Below are positions 45,990 through 64,000 of a DNA stretch of 64,000 nucleotides, piece after piece. Origin of the DNA: Lama guanicoe (lineage: Eukaryota); contig MU055744.1 of NCBI GenBank assembly GCA_013239625.1, positions 1,084,355-1,148,354 on the forward strand, in the 5' to 3' direction. The position numbers and the translations under genes are program-made. The notes beneath the pieces were generated by a model that worked only from the letters and a program-made list of their open reading frames with translations, was not told where the DNA came from and did not search any database. Position 1 is the first letter of the stretch. The number at the start of each line of letters is the position of its first letter.

Positions 45990-47640
45990 TTACAAGACAG
46001 GAAATTCTTTATTTTCAAAAAGAGAATGTATCTTTACATAAATCTACAACAGAGAATTCACATGTAGAAAAAATAAGCTATATTCCAGGACACGGTGCTC
46101 TGCACACACACCCCCTCCTCCCAGGGCGAGCTCAACACCAGAACCGACAAAACCCAAAGACCCTCAACATTTCAGGAAATCCTGAAGCCAAGCCACTGCT
46201 GCGCTGACCTGGGTCCCAGCACCTCCCGTCCAGCCACGCTGCACCCGCGGGGTCCTTGCCACAGGAGCAACCAGCTTCTAGAACGGCCGACCCGTCTGGA
46301 CGTCTGCTTCCCCAGGACAGTTACAGATGCGTCTGTAACTGTCACTCTCTGTGTGACAAGGGCCACTGGAGGGTCCGGGAAGCCTGTAGAGAGCGGCCCC
46401 TCCACCTGCAGGCTGTGTCCCTGCACTCGGGACCCAGGGAAAGGCAGGGCAGGCCGAGGTACAGGCTGTGCCTCCGACTAGGGACGGACAACCCCTGCAA
46501 ACCCAGAGCCTGAGAACTGGCCCGGCAGCCCCCTGGCCCAGGCAGGGATGTAGCCACCCACACCTTCTGGGGCCTGTCCATAATGCACTGGCCCCCACTG
46601 CCAAGGTCTCGGGGTGCAGACGGGATCAGAGCCCTGCCGGGAGGGTCCCCTGGCCCGGCGGCAGCTGCCCGTCAGCGCTGCCTTGCAGCCCCGTGTCCGC
46701 ACCCTGGCTCCCAGCACAGGCAGCGTGACGCTTCGGGGGCCACGGCTGAGCGGGCAGAGACGCCGGGGGACAGACAGGTGCAGACGGCCAGCTCCCAGCC
46801 GCGGCTCCTGAGGTGGCATCAGAGGTGGGCGCCAGCCTGCGCCCCCCCGACCAGGGCCCCGCGCACCCTCACCAGCTCTGCGACACCAGCAGGACCTATC
46901 GGGGTCCCGGGCTCCGGTTCAAGTCGGAGCCCCCGCCTCCTTCCTGCGCCCGCGCCCAGACGCCGGTAACCTGCAGGGCGTCGGCCTGGTCCTCTGCAGC
47001 CCAGGCTCCGCGGGGATGAGGAGAGCGAGCCGCCCACCTTCTGAGAAAACTCTTCTACCCTCCTGCCAGCTGGGAGACTTTTCATAAAGAAGCCAAGAGA
47101 AGACGGGCTTTGCGAGAGCTCAGCTGCCGCCACACGCACACGCTCCTACCTCCGCCGCGCGGGCGACAGACGGGGGCTGAGCGCGGCCGCCCCGCCCCGA
47201 ACGCGAAAGGCCTCTACACGACGGGCGGAACCCCGGGCTCGGGGCTTTCCGGAAAGACTCCGCACACACCGGCCGCCGCCGCAGGCAGGACGCGAGGGCA
47301 GAGACGCGCGGGCCCGACCATCTGCCCAGCAGACGAGGGGGCGCCCTGCAGGGGGCAGGGCGGCGAGGCCGGGCCACAGCCCCAGGCGGCACCGGGTCCC
47401 AGCGCCTGCACCAGGTAACAAATCCTCAGAACCGGCACAGAACGGTTACTGGAAAGAAACACAACTCGTGATAAGCTGAACGTCACCTTTTTGTAATAAA
47501 AAATTAAAAACTTTTGTCGACTCTGAACACAATAGAGACTAGGAACGCTTCGCAGACGGCGCGAGAGGAGCTGGCAAGAAACGCCACCAGCCACTCGGGG
47601 AACCGGCTGGTGGCGGACACGCCCCTCCGCCAAGTCCTCT
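45990..47640 (-). other. WDR5: WDR5 3' UTR (~1.65 kb), with an AU-rich block at ~47455-47550
   Basis: Runs from the stop to the AATAAA. The block ...TTCCTAGTCTCTATTGTGTTCAGAGTCGACAAAAGTTTTTAATTTTTTATTACA... stands out from the GC-rich flanks and resembles the mammalian WDR5 UTR as recalled. Confidence 0.75.
46008..46013 (-). terminator. WDR5 polyadenylation signal AATAAA
   Basis: tttatt on +; upstream UGUA elements (TGTAGATTTATGTAAAG) and a downstream GU-rich element (TTGTAATTGTGTCTGG) on the minus strand; a second AATAAA lies at 45774-45779. Confidence 0.8.
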
Positions 47641-61692
<14,052 letters not shown>

Positions 61693-63589
61693 GGCTCTGA
61701 AGCCCACCGGGCAGGGAGACAGGGAGGAGTTCACGGCTCCAAGTGGAGGCCTCGCTGTGGGAACGGCTCTCTGCTAATCAAAACCTACAATGGAGGACCG
61801 AAGCCAATAAACAAACCATATTTCAAAAATTAATTTGCAGGAAAAATAATTGAAAAACCTCCGACCACCTTATTGAGCCCTGCAGCAGCTACTGCTCTGA
61901 ACCGAGGACCCTGTCACCCTAGCTCCAGGCTAATGCCTCTCAGACCTGTGCCGTCCTCGCCCACTGTGGTCAGAGACCCACCCTCAAGGGCGCCTATTTT
62001 GTTACCCACGTGTCCCCAGGAACACAGCACAGTCCACACAAACAAAACACAATTCTCTTCAAAGAGCCCTTGATACATTTTAATAAAAAGAGCAAATGCT
62101 TCTTGTCAGGAAACAAACGTGCCAAATTACAAGAGACTGAACTGCAGGGCGCAGAAGGTTGGGAACTCATCCCAACCCTCCAGTGCGTCCCGGTGATGCA
62201 GCGGTGCCAACAGCCACTGAAAACACGAGAGCTCACCCTAGGGGCCCACACCTCCTGGCAGCCTGGAGGTCTCCACGTGCAGGCTGCAGACACAAGACTG
62301 CTTCCAGAATGCAAACGAGCAGAAAGGCCCTCTGTCCCCTGGCAAGGTGACCACAAGACACGGCCGGAAAGCACAAACCAGAGCCAGCCCTGCCCACTGG
62401 AGTCCCCACCAGACAGCCTTCTGCAGAAGCAGCCTGAAGTTCGCACGGACACTCTGCAAGCAACACTCACTGCAGAGGACGGACAAAGACTGCAGCTCAG
62501 TTAGGTTTCAGCCTGAAAACGGGAACTACTCAGTAAGTAACTGGTTTCCTCTATCACAGAAAGATTCCGTTACTTGGATACACGGCATAGAAGCACACCA
62601 GGTGAGTCTGAAACAAGGGAACACATTACTCAATTGAGGCGAGCAGCCAGGACATTCTGCAAACATCACGGGCATCCAACTCCCAGAAGCTGCACGACCG
62701 TCAATCTAATGAGTCTACGCATTGTGAATTCGGGCTTGGCGCTTAAAACTGGAAGCTTGCACAGGCTTCTTGTCACACCAAGACGAAACAGAAGCCATCA
62801 GAGAACACGTCTCCAGGTCTCTGTCCATCCAAGAGGAGGGGACAGAAATTATGATGCAACACAGCTGCGCAGAGTGCTGCGGGGCCACAGCTGACTATTG
62901 CAGCCGGGATCCCAGCCTCGGATGGATCCCAAGGCACCCAAAGGCCAAGCACTTGGGTGGAGGAGGGGAGGGGCAGGTCAGTAAACCCGCCCGGGGACAA
63001 AGTGCCAGCACAAAGCTGGTACTCAGAATGCTGGCTGCTTGGTGATTATCTTCAGTGCACCCAGGCCGAGCCAATTAACCCAAGTGCTGCCTTCCCCTTG
63101 GTGGACTGGACCACTCGGGGGGCGGGGAGCCAAGGAAGAGAGCTGAAAAGTCCATTTCACAGAACCCAGTGTCTGAGGAAGCCAGACCACGGCAAGAGCT
63201 GCGAGAAGGGTAGCCCGTGGCCCGCCCCAGCTAAACACCAGTGGGAACAGAAGAGCCTCCGTCTGGAGTGGAAGTGGCAGCTCAGAGGCCGGATTTGATC
63301 ACAAAAACCAAGACCCATCAGGAGGCGGAGCGTGACTCCCACAAGCTGTCTGCCTTCAGGTCAGGATCAGGGATGCAGTAGGAGGTCTTACAGACAAGGC
63401 GGCCCACCCCTCCCAGCTCAGCCTCCTGGCCTAATTCCTGCCCAGCCCTTCAGCTAGCAAAACAGGAACATACAAAAATCCAGCCGAACTTCGAGAAACA
63501 CTATTTCTTGACTCAACATTTGGAGCTGGGCTCTGAGCCCTTGCTCCCCACCCCCTCTCGGCACTGGCACCGGGTAGGCCTGACCATCT

Positions 63590-63690
63590 AAGGCTGAGCC
63601 TCCCAAACTTATGAATGCTCTCCCGGACTGTTTGTAAAATGCATATTTCTGGGCTCTACCCCAGAGACTGGACCCGCTGGTGTGGGAAGA
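63590..63690. mobile_element. MER5A-like hAT MITE
   Basis: CTCCCAAACTT...TTTGTAAAATGCATATTTCTGGGCTCTACCCCAGAGACT. Confidence 0.55.
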
Positions 63691-64000
63691 CAGGACAGAA
63701 CGGGCCAGCCCCACGGAATGAAGGAACTTGGCTCTCCTCACCCCAGCTGGATTCTCAAACAGGCTTAGGGTTGCAGCTTACCTGCCTGCCTCCTATGGGG
63801 CTGGGCCAACCTTAGACGCAGTGTCTAGCACAGGACCTGCCAGACTGCGATAACGGACCTGGGTGAGTAGAAACGGGATGAGAAGGCTACAGGGAGGCTC
63901 GTACACAGCCCCCAGGACGGCTCTACCTGACTGGGACCCTGGGCTCTCGGGGAGAGATGGGGCCTGGCTGCCCGGGCCAGGGGCGAGCAGCAAGCCAGGG

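Overview
GC-rich mammalian genomic DNA, very probably camelid (alpaca, llama or camel), judged from four tRNA-Ala-derived Vic-1-type SINEs. The right third holds WDR5 on the minus strand: 13 coding exons from ATG 61692 to 47641, with a polyA signal at 46008-46013. The non-coding first exon and promoter lie beyond the window. About 2.8 kb past the WDR5 3' end is a CpG island with a type-3 Pol III promoter (SPH/octamer-like DSE, PSE, TATA) pointing into a 150-nt N gap. By promoter geometry, size and synteny this is very likely RNU6ATAC, but the RNA body is not visible. The left ~41 kb is a gene-free interval (toward RXRA in human synteny) containing MIR, L2, L1, MLT and MER fragments, minisatellites and several candidate enhancers. 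The strongest anomalies are in WDR5: the conserved C-terminal 'SDC*' is missing and replaced by a 36-aa Gly/Pro-rich extension, and the first coding exon has a weak GC donor. Either could be an assembly artefact. Also noted are a divergent CTCF motif pair and a ~110-bp inverted repeat. I see no convincing novel multi-gene system, and nearly all six-frame ORFs outside WDR5 are GC-content noise. Comparisons to human WDR5, U6/U6atac and repeat consensus sequences are from memory, not from alignments.
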